This document shows positions 13,690 to 26,100 of a stretch of 64,000 bases of DNA, in pieces. A program made the translations under genes and the position numbers. Source of the stretch: Octopus sinensis (lineage: Eukaryota); NCBI RefSeq assembly GCF_006345805.1, contig NC_043010.1, positions 32,674,001 through 32,738,000 of the forward strand, given 5' to 3'. Position 1 is the first letter of the stretch. Each line of letters opens with the position of its first letter. Under the pieces are notes generated by a model. That model did no database searches. It was not told the DNA's origin and was given only the letters and a program-made list of their open reading frames with translations.

Positions 13690-16620
13690 ATATCTTAGAA
13701 ATCTTGCGCAGTATGACAGACCTTGTACAGTGAGAAAAAACAATCTGTGTAACACTGAGCAAAACACACCTGACCCCAGACATATTGGATGTGGAAGTAC
13801 ATATGTCAGGTTACATACTACTTAGAACTGACTACAGAATACAGAAACAAGGAGAAATAGCGATCTTCATCCAAGAAGACCTGGCAACAAATGTCCTTCT
13901 CTCTCACTCCAACATAGTGTGTGATATACTAATAATGCTTGTGATTGACCTCAATTTGATCATAGGCATTACCTACTGTCTTGCTGATGTAACTAACTAC
14001 GGAGATCACTTGAAAGATGCTTTGTTGCACATAAGTCAAACCTCAAATGAGCTCAGCATACAGGCCAATGTATTTTTAGCAGGGGACTTCAATTTTTTAG
14101 TCTCAGCTGGCCTGAAAGTTATATCCAGCCTGAAATTAAACAACTGAACAAGAGAGATATGAATGTTCTTCTCAATATCACCAAAGACCTCCTCATACAA
14201 TAAATTCTTATGCAACCAATTAGAGAAGATAACATACTTGAACTAGTCTTTACCACTAATACAGACTTCATTTACAATGTTCGGGTTATTCCCACTGCTA
14301 TTTCTAACCACAGCATAAAACAATTAACAAAGAAAGCAATACACACAAAGAACTTCAACCATGACTCACTCCACATAAGCTTGAATTTCAGGAAGGCCAA
14401 GTGGAAAGAAATTGAAACTGAAATCCTCAAAACAAACTGGTCTCAGCTTATTGGCAATCCCAATGTTAACGAGATAATGAAGTTTCTGTATGAATAATTA
14501 ATCAGGATCTGTTGAAAGCATGCCCCATATAAACATGCCTATTCCTGCAAGATTCCATGAGATAGACAGATACTAATGTGTAGCAGAACCAAACTAACAA
14601 AACAGCTAAAACAAAAAAACTCTCTTGACAGATGAGATTGAGAAAAGAAAAAAAAACCCATCAAACTGAGCCTAAAACTATCATGAAAAATAAACTTCAT
14701 AAGGAAACAATGATCAGTGTAAAATATAAAATCTATTTCTAACTTCTTTTTCCACTTTGTTAAATAAAAATCAACTACAAATAACAAGATTGGTTATATA
14801 ATGGATCATATATAAATGTTACATTTATATATTTGTTTTGCAAGATTTTTGATGTGAAATCATGTGTTGAAACAGATATTGTTGGAATTAAGAATGGTCA
14901 TTTTGCCAGTTTAGCCAATAAAAACACACGCACTATATATTTGGTGTTACTTTGCTTCAGCGTTATTCATTTTTTACATTAACCTTAATCTTATTTCGGC
15001 CAAAGTTCTTTCGTCACACTCCTGTGACCTCATCAGTGGTCCTTTGCTTTCTTCTTTCATATTTGATGAGGTCACAGGAGTGTGACGAAAGAACTCTGGC
15101 CGAAATAAGATTAAGATTAATGTAAAAAATGAATAACGCTGAAGCAAAGTAACACCAAATATATAGTGCGTGTGTTTTTATTGGCTAAACTGGCAAAATG
15201 CCCATTCCTAAATACAACATATATAAATGATTCACTACAAATATGCAATTTCTCGAGTTGACATTATGACATTGCATTTTCCCAAATGAACTCTTTGATC
15301 CCCAAAACTCAACTGCAGAGACACATCTAAAAATTAATAATATGATGGAAGATACTTACAGCTAATGACCTAGATTCAAGCTGAGCACCTTGACCAGATA
15401 GTCTCCCAGCCATACTGCTAAAAATGTGCAAAAGCAGCCTCGTGAAACCATTAAAGATACTCTTTCAAATGTCACTAGGTACCGGCAAATTGCCAGAATT
15501 ACTGAAAGACAGAAGAGTAACACCTATACACAAAGGAGGGTAGCAGAGCTAAAGCTAAAATTTACAGGCCTGTTTCTCTCACATCTCACAAATCATTCCT
15601 TGGGGAAAACAACCTCATAGACGACATACAGCATGGTTTTTGAGACTGGACAAAGTTACTGTTAACAACTATTACAGCACCATAACACTATTCTTAATAA
15701 TCTCTTGAGAGGAAGGGACACTGACTGTATATACTTTGATTTTGTTAAGGCATTTGACAAGTTAAGAGATCTTGGTATCACAGGAAAACTCAGAGAATGG
15801 CTCTTTGACTTCCTACATGGTAGGAGCCAATCTGTTGTTGCAAATGGTTATCTCTCTGCAGTCACCTGTGATAAGTGGTATGCCTCAGGGAATGGTCCTA
15901 GGACTACTATCATTTATCTTCAACTTATCACAAGTGCACTCATCCAAACTAACAAGTTATGGCAATGATGCAAAAATATCAATGGCTATCCAAACTCCAG
16001 AAGATAGTGCCACACACCCCAAAATGAACTAAAGCTCATTTACCAATGGGTGGATTAAAACAATATGAAATTTGACACATGAAAATTTCAGGTTCTTCAT
16101 TACAGAGGAAATACACACAAATCACAATATTTGACGCTGGAATGATTCAGAGTGCTAATGACATACAGGACTTAGGAGTAAACATTTCAAATGATGCATC
16201 TTTCATTAGCCACATCACCAAATTGTCCTCTAAATGCAGACATCTCATAGGATGGATTCTACAAACCTTTGTGACAAGAGAACCAGTAGTTAGCTTAACT
16301 CTATGGAAAACCTGAGTTCTGAGCAGGTTAGATTACTGCTCACAGCTTTGGTCTCTCCTAAATTATTCTGTCTCATAGAAGAAATTGAAGGGTTATGAAG
16401 AACATTCACCAGTAAAATATCTTTGATTAAAAGCCTCAACTACTGAGAATATTTGAAAGCATTGTGTCTCTACTATCTTGAATGCTGAAGAGAAAGATAT
16501 ACTGTTACATATGTATGGAAAATCCTGTTCCTAACTTTGGCATTAAAGAAAATTCTAATGCATGCACTGTTAGATACTGTCAGCTTCCAAATATACTACC
16601 TTCACAACTGAAACCTCCCA
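13690..16620 (+). mobile_element. Decayed CR1-like LINE (APE and RT fragments)
   Basis: Fragments GYILLRTD, FLAGDFNF, PIREDNILELVFT, DCIYFDFVKAFDK, SGMPQGMVLG, YGNDAKI, with many stops and frameshifts. Confidence 0.75.
14899..15200. repeat. Near-perfect 137-bp-arm hairpin inserted in the CR1 relic
   Basis: 14899-15035 is the reverse complement of 15064-15200 with a few mismatches and a 28-nt loop. Confidence 0.93.
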
Positions 16621-16779
16621 ACTGTATTGTTCCAGGTTCAGTCCCATTGCACGGCACCTTGGGCAAGTGTTCTACTACTATAGCCTTAGGTCAATCAAAG
16701 CCTTGTCAGTGGATTTGGTAGATGGAAATGAAGCCCATTGTGTGTGTATGTGTGTACATTATATATATAAATCAAATGG

Positions 16780-17112
16780 AAATTGTAGTTAAGATACCCG
16801 TGCCGGTAACACGTAAAAAGCACCGTCCGAACGTGGCAGATGCCAGTGCTGGTCTGACTGGCATCCGTGTCAGTGACATGTAAAAGCACCAACCGACCAT
16901 GGCTGTTTGCCAGCCTCCCCTGGCCCCTGTGCTGGTGGCACATAAAAAACACCCACTACACTCATGGAATGGTTGGTGTTAGGAAGGGCATCCAGCTGTA
17001 GAAACACTGCCATATCAGACTGGAGCCTGGTGCAGCCTACTGGCTTCCCAGATCCTGGTCAAACTGTCCAACCCATGCTAGCATGGAAAACGGACATTAA
17101 ACGATGATGATG
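16780..17112 (+). mobile_element. RTE 3' UTR/tail copy
   Basis: aggaagggcatccagctgtagaaacactgcc...aacccatgctagcatggaaaacggacattaaacgatgatgatg. Confidence 0.85.
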
Positions 17113-17299
17113 ATATATATATAAATACTTTATTAAAAAGCAGCAAAAATATATAACAGGGATATGCTGCTGGTGTAGGTAAGATAGCAATGCCTACCCT
17201 GAATAAAATAGATTGATAGTAACGTTTTCCTTTTATGGCAAAATATACACCTAATTCAATAAAATTATGAAGGTTACTCTGAATACTATACATAAAATA

Positions 17300-18901
17300 C
17301 AAAATATTTTACTTTTTTGTAGATTAGATAGGCATAATTTGCTCCTGCCTTTCAGTCTCAGTATTAAAGCTATGCATAGAACTGCTGTAGTACATGTGCT
17401 GCGTACATTCCTACAACAATATTTTCTTTATGCACTATAAAGGCAGAAGTAAATCTACCTCCAACTCAGTCACGCGCTTGTGTTTCACTTATTTTTGGGT
17501 GTATTTTACTACATAAACGTCACCAACTGCCTACCTTGAGTAATTTCTGACAGCACATGCCTGATATATAACATTATTATATATTGTTGTTAAATGTCCA
17601 AATTTGGTCAAATGTGTTTTTTCAACATTTGATTTTGCTTGCAATACCTGGTTCTTTTGGTCAAACTCGTATCTCTAGCTGCTTCAGATGCCAATATATG
17701 AAAATTGTCAGTGTAGTAGAACAGCTTAGCATTTTTCAAAAGTGAAGTAAGTCCCACATATGACAGTTTTACAAAAATATTTCTAACTGAAAATATAAAA
17801 GCATGGAGTTACGATTTTATGCACCCAACAAAGTATTATTGTTAAGCTGAAACTGTTGCTAATGGAAAAAGAAATGGAATGGTGAAACTTTTTTTCATTT
17901 TCTGAAAAGTCAATGTTTTGGACTTATGATACTTTTGCATAATAGCAACGATATATTTAACATTGTGTGTGTGTGTGGTTAATAAATAAAACATATGTCA
18001 CAAAAGAAGCACACTCTAAAGAATAGAGCAGTTATTGTTACAACGAAATTGGACATAGAGTTACCCAAGGTTTTACATCCACAAAATTGTTGAAGATTCC
18101 ATGCTTATTGATGTTATAGTGATTGTTCTGGCATGGATCAAGAATAAGTTGTCAGTATGTTTCTGAAAACCAGGATGTCCACAAAGGTTTTCTCAGCTTT
18201 TATAAACCTCCCAACTACACTTCAGAGACACTAAGGTTATTCTGGATGTTTTTGTTGCCTAAACATTTCTCTGGGATCAAACTTAGGTTGCTCTTACCTC
18301 TGATGGTACATGTACTATGAGCAGAAACATTTCAGGCATACAAAAGAGATTAAAAGACATGTTTCCTGGTACATATTTTGTACACTGTGGAAACCACTCT
18401 CTGGACCTTGTCCTCCAAGAAGTTGGATCTACGGTTGCCATGGTCACAGATGCATTGGACTTTGTTCAGCAATGCACCATTCTTCTGAAAGTGCTATAGA
18501 TGAGCCTTTGCAGTGAGAATGTCATCATGTTGCAAGCCCATGTCTGTTGCATCAAGGGAGAGAATGCTCAGCACACTTTGCTGTTTAAAGACCTGATTCA
18601 ATACCACAAAGGTGCAACATCATCTGACACACTGTGATGAAATGCATGTACATAAAAACATGTGCAATGAAAACACTTTAGACATCCTCTTGGAAAATTT
18701 CATCACCAAAACCAGTGAGTATGGAAAACTTTGGGGAATGATTTGAAGCATTAAATTTCCATATATAGTAGTATATAGTAATAAAAAATTTTATTTTATC
18801 TATGTTTGTTTTGATATTAAGATTGAAATATAATCAGCCTTCTTTATATAAAAATTTGGACTTGAGTTTGCACCCAAGCAAATTTCGTTCCTGGGCCACT
18901 G
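17300..18901 (+). mobile_element. Decayed hAT-like transposase relic
   Basis: ORF 18317-18499 SGIQKRLKDMFPGTYFVHCGNHSLDLVLQE matches the hAT/ZMYM1-like VHCxxHxLxL motif. A possible terminal repeat (...cctgggccactg) ends at 18901. Confidence 0.6.
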
Positions 18902-19330
18902 TGTGTATGTATGTATATATATATATATATATATTGTGTGTGTATATATATATATATATATATTTATATACACATGTATATACATATACCTATGTATATA
19001 CACACATATATATATATATATGTATATATGGTTATCAGTAATAATAAAAGGTGAAATTAATTAATTAGGGATAATTATCAATTACACCAAGTAGATTTCA
19101 GCATGTAAAAGCCCCATTCGAGGAAAATTTAAGTAATACTAAGTAATTAAGGGTTTAGCAACGAATTGCCTCACCAACACACCGAATTTAGAAATAGCAG
19201 TCAAAGAGATATAGCTATTCCTTCTACTAAAAGGGGGATCTCAGTAAAAACACAGCACTTGAAAGGCAAACACAGACAGGTAAGAAAGAAAGAATGAAAT
19301 GACGGCAATCCATCATGCAATTTTACGTTA

Positions 19331-19422
19331 CCTACGGACGTACGTTTCGAGATCAAGTTTTAGGATAGCGTAAGAATTAGAAAATTCTACTTTACCCGTA
19401 CTTCTTCTCTCATCGGCGCAGG
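19331..19422 (-). ncRNA. Type I hammerhead ribozyme motif (copy 1)
   Basis: Reverse complement of cctgcg-CCGATGA-gaga...tctc-GAAA-cgtacg-TC-cgtagg. Confidence 0.75.
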
Positions 19423-19908
19423 ATACTACAATTATGAATAATTGTATATTAAATTTTGAGATACTAGAATGCATCATCTCAACTCAGAGCGAGCTAAAGC
19501 ATGACCAGTACCACGAAATTCAAAGTTTGAATGAAAGTTTGTGTCACCAGCCCCCTTCCACCCGCGTGTAGCCAAGACAAAATGCTGTGGTCATTTACTG
19601 GGATAAAATATGGTTATCAGTAATAATAAAAGGTGAAATTAATTAATTAGGGATAATTATCAATTACACCAAGTAGATTTCAGCATGTAAAAGCCCCATT
19701 CGAGGAAAATTTAAGTAATACTAAGTAATTAAGGGTTTAGCAACGAATTGCCCCACCACACACCGAATTTAGAAATAGCAGTCAAAGAGATATAGCTATT
19801 CCTTCTAAAAGGGGGGTCTCAGTAAAAACACAGCACTTGAAAGGCAAACACAGACAGGTAAGAAAGAAAGAATGAAATGACGGCAATCCATCATGCAATT
19901 TTACGTTA

Positions 19909-20000
19909 CCTACGGACGTACGTTTCGAGATCAAGTTTTAGGATAGCGTAAGAATTAGAAAATTCTACTTTACCCGTACTTCTTCTCTCATCGGCGCAGG
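19909..20000 (-). ncRNA. Type I hammerhead ribozyme motif (copy 2)
   Basis: Same 92-nt motif as copy 1. Confidence 0.75.
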
Positions 20001-20490
20001 ATACTACAATGATGAATAATTGTATATTAAATTTTGAGATACTAGAATGCATCATCTCAACTCAGAGCGAGCTAAAGCATGACCAGTACCACGAAATTCA
20101 AAGTTTGAATGAAAGTTTGTGTCACCAGCCCCCTTCCACCCGCGTGTAGCCAAGACAAAATGCTGTGGTCATTTACTGGGATAAAATATGGTTATCAGTA
20201 ATAATAAAAGGTGAAATTAATTAATTAGGGATAATTATCAATTACACCAAGTAGATTTCAGCATGTAAAAGCCCCATTCGAGGAAAATTTAAGTAATACT
20301 AAGTAATTAAGGGTTTAGCAACGAATTGCCTCACCAACACACCGAATTTAGAAATAGCAGTCAAAGAGATATAGCTATTCCTTCTACTAAAAGGGGGATC
20401 TCAGTAAAAACACAGCACTTGAAAGGCAAACACAGACAGGTAAGAAAGAAAGAATGAAATGACGGCAATCCATCATGCAATTTTACGTTA

Positions 20491-20582
20491 CCTACGGACG
20501 TACGTTTCGAGATCAAGTTTTAGGATAGCGTAAGAATTAGAAAATTCTACTTTACCCGTACTTCTTCTCTCATCGGCGCAGG
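20491..20582 (-). ncRNA. Type I hammerhead ribozyme motif (copy 3)
   Basis: Same 92-nt motif. Confidence 0.75.
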
Positions 20583-21072
20583 ATACTACAATTATGAATA
20601 ATTGTATATTAAATTTTGAGATACTAGAATGCATCATCTCAACTCAGAGCGAGCTAAAGCATGACCAGTACCACGAAATTCAAAGTTTGAATGAAAGTTT
20701 GTGTCACCAGCCCCCTTCCACCCGCGTGTAGCCAAGACAAAATGCTGTGGTCATTTACTGGGATAAAATATGGTTATCAGTAATAATAAAAGGTGAAATT
20801 AATTAATTAGGGATAATTATCAATTACACCAAGTAGATTTCAGCATGTAAAAGCCCCATTCGAGGAAAATTTAAGTAATACTAAGTAATTAAGGGTTTAG
20901 CAACGAATTGCCTCACCACCACACCGAATTTAGAAATAGCAGTCAAAGAGATATAGCTATTCCTTCTACTAAAAGGGGGATCTCAGTAAAAACACAGCAC
21001 TTGAAAGGCAAACACAGACAGGTAAGAAAGAAAGAATGAAATGACGGCAATCCATCATGCAATTTTACGTTA

Positions 21073-21164
21073 CCTACGGACGTACGTTTCGAGATCAAGT
21101 TTTAGGATAGCGTAAGAATTAGAAAATTCTACTTTACCCGTACTTCTTCTCTCATCGGCGCAGG
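21073..21164 (-). ncRNA. Type I hammerhead ribozyme motif (copy 4)
   Basis: Same 92-nt motif. Confidence 0.75.
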
Positions 21165-21682
21165 ATACTACAATTATGAATAATTGTATATTAAATTTTG
21201 AGATACTAGAATGCATCATCTCAACTCAGAGCGAGCTAAAGCATGACCAGTACCGCGAAATTCAAAGTTTGAATGAAAGTTTGTGTCACCAGCCCCCTTC
21301 CACCCGCGTGTAGCCAAGACAAAATGCTGTGGTCATTTACTGTGATAAAATATGGTTATCAGTAATAATAAAAGGTGAAATTAATTAATTAGGGATAATT
21401 AGCAATTACGCCAAGTAGATTTCAGCATCTACTTGGTGTAATTGATAATTATCCCTAATTAATTAATTTCACCTTTTATTATTACTGATAACCATATTTT
21501 ATCCCAGTAAATGACCACAGCATTTTGTCTTGGCTACACGCGGGTGGAAGGGGGCTGGTGACACAAACTTTCATTCAAACTTTGAATTTCGTGGTACTGG
21601 TCATGCTTTAGCTCGCTCTGAGTTGAGATGATGCATTCTAGTATCTCAAAATTTAATATACAATTATTCATAATTGTAGTAT

Positions 21683-21774
21683 CCTGCGCCGATGAGAGAA
21701 GAAGTACGGGTAAAGTAGAATTTTCTAATTCTTACGCTATCCTAAAACTTGATCTCGAAACGTACGTCCGTAGG
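21683..21774 (+). ncRNA. Type I hammerhead ribozyme motif (copy 5)
   Basis: Stem I cctgcg (21683-21688) pairs with cgtagg (21769-21774). Core CCGATGA at 21689-21695, stem II gaga/tctc, GAAA at 21757-21760, stem III A-CGTACG-T, predicted cleavage after GUC at C21768. Confidence 0.78.
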
Positions 21775-22264
21775 TAACGTAAAATTGCATGATGGATTGC
21801 CGTCATTTCATTCTTTCTTTCTTACCTGTCTGTGTTTGCCTTTCAAGTGCTGTGTTTTTACTGAGATCCCCCTTTTAGTAGAAGGAATAGCTATATCTCT
21901 TTGACTGCTATTTCTAAATTCGGTGTGTTGGTGAGGCAATTCGTTGCTAAACCCTTAATTACTTAGTATTACTTAAATTTTCCTGGAATGGGGCTTTTAC
22001 ATGCTGAAATCTACTTGGTGTAATTGATAATTATCCCTAATTAATTAATTTCACCTTTTATTATTACTGATAACCATATTTTATCCCAGTAAATGACCAC
22101 AGCATTTTGTCTTGGCTACACGCGGGTGGAAGGGGGCTGGTGACACAAACTTTCATTCAAACTTTGAATTTCGCGGTACTGGTCATGCTTTAGCTCGCTC
22201 TGAGTTGAGATGATGCATTCTAGTATCTCAAAATTTAATATACAATTATTCATAATTGTAGTAT

Positions 22265-22356
22265 CCTGCGCCGATGAGAGAAGAAGTACGGGTAAAGTAG
22301 AATTTTCTAATTCTTACGCTATCCTAAAACTTGATCTCGAAACGTACGTCCGTAGG
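22265..22356 (+). ncRNA. Type I hammerhead ribozyme motif (copy 6)
   Basis: Same 92-nt motif, 582 bp downstream of copy 5. Confidence 0.75.
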
Positions 22357-22846
22357 TAACGTAAAATTGCATGATGGATTGCCGTCATTTCATTCTTTCT
22401 TTCTTACCTGTCTGTGTTTGCCTTTCAAGTGCTGTGTTTTTACTGAGATCCCCCTTTTAGTAGAAGGAATAGCTATATCTCTTTGACTGCTATTTCTAAA
22501 TTCGGTGTGTTGGTGAGGCAATTCGTTGCTAAACCCTTAATTACTTAGTATTACTTAAATTTTCCTCGAATGGGGCTTTTACATGCTGAAATCTACTTGG
22601 TGTAATTGATAATTATCCCTAATTAATTAATTTCACCTTTTATTATTACTGATAACCATATTTTATCCCAGTAAATGACCACAGCATTTTGTCTTGGCTA
22701 CACGCGGGTGGAAGGGGGCTGGTGACACAAACTTTCATTCAAACTTTGAATTTCGTGGTACTGGTCATGCTTTAGCTCACTCTGAGTTGAGATGATGCAT
22801 TCTAGTATCTCAAAATTTAATATACAATTATTCATAATTGTAGTAT

Positions 22847-22938
22847 CCTGTGCCGATGAGAGAAGAAGTACGGGTAAAGTAGAATTTTCTAATTCTTACG
22901 CTATCCTAAAACTTGATCTCGAAACGTACGTCCGTAGG
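22847..22938 (+). ncRNA. Type I hammerhead ribozyme motif (copy 7)
   Basis: Same motif. The stem I 5' strand is cctgtg, which converts one C-G pair to U-G. Confidence 0.72.
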
Positions 22939-23169
22939 TAACGTAAAATTGCATGATGGATTGCCGTCATTTCATTCTTTCTTTCTTACCTGTCTGTGTT
23001 TGCCTTTCAAGTGCTGTGTTTTTACTGAGATCCCCCTTTTAGTAGAAGGAATAGCTATATCTCTTTGACTGCTATTTCTAAATTCGGTGTGTTGGTGAGG
23101 CAATTCGTTGCTAAACCCTTAATTACTTAGTATATATGTATATACATATATATGTGTATATACATATTA

Positions 23170-26100
23170 AAGATGGGGAAGGCCAGTTTACAGGATTACC
23201 TCAGGTTTCCCGTCCATAAAGGGTTTAGCTTCATGGCATATCATCAGATCCCAAATCCTATTGGCCCATGACCTCTTAAAAATACGGAGGGGGAAATACC
23301 TCACTACTCAAAGGTAACATTTGGGGATTATCTCCCTTTGCTATTGGCTGTGCTGCAATTCTTGTGGGTTTCAAAAAGCTAGCAGGAACCTCTTGAAATC
23401 TAAACAGGGTCCAAAAATCTCTGTTTTGGAGTTAAGTTCGAGTGAGTCTTTTAGGATTCTTGCACATTCAGCTGTGCATAACTTGCAACACTTTGTTCAT
23501 TTGATGTAGGGGCCTGGGTACTCAAGGATTTTCCATGAGACCAAGTATGGAATCCCATCGTCTCCTTTCTGGAACGCTGAAGGAGGACCTGTCGTTGGAG
23601 AAGCGTTGCTTAAAAGAGTTCCTGGGACATCCAGTGTATCTCCATGGGTGTGTTGTCAGTGCTGTACCTGCTGGTATTGTTGTTGTTGTTGGAGCTGGGA
23701 CTGGTGGTGTTGGTGTTACTGGAGGTGGTGGTGGTGTCAGTAATGGTATCACCACTGCCCATTATGCTGAAGGCACTCTTGTTGCTATTGTTGTCCGCAT
23801 CATTAGTGGGAGAGTTGCCATTGCTGCTAGAGGTGTCATTAGCTGTAGTTCCACTAGTATTTCTGCTAGGGCTGCTGCTGTTGCTATTGCTGCCATTATT
23901 GCTGTTATAGCTGGTGGTGGCACTGGAGCTATTGCTGCTGCTGTAGGGGTTGTCAGGTCTGCTACTGTGGAAGTTAAGGAAGCGGTTGGTAATGCTGGTG
24001 CTGATGTCAATACTGCTATTGTTAGTATAGGCAGCGAGCTGGAAGAAACGTTAGCCCACCTGCCGCTACATTCTGAGTTCAAATTCCGCTGAGGTCAACT
24101 TTGCCTTTCATCCTTTTGGGGTCGATACATTAAGTACCAGTTATGCACTGGAGTCGATGTAATCGACTTAATCCATTTTTCTGTCCTTGTTTGTCCCCTC
24201 TGTGTTTAGCCCCTTGTGGGTAGGTAAAGAAATAGGCAATACTGCTATTGTTATTAGTGTTGTTACTGCTGTCAATGCCATCGGGGGAACTGTCAATGCT
24301 GTCATTGGTGCTGTTATTACTAATGTCATCAGCTGTGGTGATGGTGGCAGTGTTGATGGTTCTGTTCTCATGTCTACAGTTGCTACTGCTTCTACCGGTG
24401 GTATTGCCAGGATTTGCTAGTACTTTGGCTTCATAGACCACCTCTTTGATTTCATAGTGGCTTCCCACCGGGCATCTGTTGTAGTCCCTGCATGAACATC
24501 CTGCCTTTTCTTGTGGCCTAGGGGCACTAACTAGGATGCTTTTAATATTGGGGACACAGTTAAACAAGACTAATGTTATGCCTGGTGAAAATGGGCCTAT
24601 ACCTATGGCAGCTAGTGAAATGGTTATCTCTTAATTTAAGGAATATTCTACTTACAGGTGCTTTTGTGTTAAGAAAGAGGCGGGGCAAACCAAATGGTAT
24701 TTCTGCTGCACTTCTTTCTGTGGTTGTTGGGTTCTGGCATGTAGAAGATGTGATCCCTAAATCTGCTGGTAGCTAGGGCCCCATTATAGTATGGTGTTGC
24801 TGCATCAAAAATCTCTTGGTTGGAGGAAAGGTTCGTAATCCTCTTACTAATACCCCTTACCAGGTATTTTTAACACGATGGGTGGGTGGCAGGAGGCTGT
24901 GTTGATGTATGTTAACCTCTCATTTGGTTTGACGTAGGGCCTGTATGTACCAGAGCTGAAGTCATGTCTAAGAAGTCTGCAATTGTGAGGTTGGTCTTTA
25001 TGGTGATTTTCAATCCCATAGAGGCAAGCATGGTGATTAGATCTTTTCTAAGCCTGTCTAATGTATGCCCATTTGCTCCCCTAGAGATGGCCTGGGCATC
25101 ATCTCTGTAGAGGCCAAAGAGGACAGAAAGGAACTTTTTCCGAAGGGTATCGAAAATATACAACCCAGTGAGGTCACATATGTCAGTGCTGTCAAAGGCG
25201 CCCATAGGGTCGGATTGCTTGACCCATGCCAAACTTTTGAGCATCACTGTCTTTCTGGCATGCATAATGACTTCTGTATCTCTGTCGCTAATGTTAGTGG
25301 GGCCCCTAGCGAAAGAAAACACTTTGGCCAGTAGTCCTTTGGTATAAACTGGTAAAAGTCAACTATATCGAACTGGGTGCACCTTGCTCTGCCTCTTCCC
25401 TTGTTGGTGTTAAACCATGCAGTCGCTTCGTTGGTGTTGCGCCATAGGGAAAGGTTGGTGGCCCTCCTTATGTCATTATTGATGTCAATATGTGATTACT
25501 CACCAGACTGATCTTGGATTTGGCCAGATTGATCAGGTGGCATTTCGGATTTGAGGAAAAGTTCAGTTTATGAAGGCATTTCTTTTAGCTAAGATCTCTA
25601 CCCTATCCGCTATCTCTAGTTCGTTAGCTTATTTTTTGGCTTCACTGTTGATGTGTATGGGGAAGCACACCTATAATCTAGTGTGATATTATTTTCTAGT
25701 AATCTATCGTGATCTAGGATGTCTATCCTATATAAGATTTTCGTCTTATCAGAGAAGATTAGGGACCTGAGTTTTTTAACAATTTAATGTTGGCCCAGAG
25801 CTTGTGTTGGATGGAGGAAGAGGACTTAGAGAATTTTAGCTTGGGAAGGGTTCAAGGTCCTTGATTTTGAGTGGGTGTTTCCTCAGTCTAATTCCATAGC
25901 TGCTGTCCTTCAGGGATGATGTGGTTAGGTCATGGTAGAATGCTTTCCACCTCATATGCCTAATTACATATGCATGGGTGTATAGCTCATTGGATGGCAT
26001 GGGTATATTTTTAGTAGAGTAGCCATGATCAAATCATTCCATATTTATAAGAGACCCGTGGTTTCCATAAATATGTATAAGCAGAGCCTACTGGTCAGCT

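Larger units (their letters stand above)
19030..21420. repeat. 582-bp tandem array, left arm (4 full units plus a partial unit)
   Basis: Units start at 19030, 19612, 20190, 20772 and 21354 (ggttatcagtaataataaaagg), and the copies are near-identical. Confidence 0.97.
21427..23133. repeat. 582-bp tandem array, inverted right arm (~2.9 units)
   Basis: Reverse complement of the left-arm unit, with unit ends at 21493, 22075 and 22657 and truncation at ~23133. Confidence 0.97.

Noticed and set aside
23535-24567. Ala/Val/Gly- or Thr-rich ORFs as a host mucin-like or membrane protein
   Set aside because: They are overlapping low-complexity frames inside a PLE relic, and one reads through a SINE.
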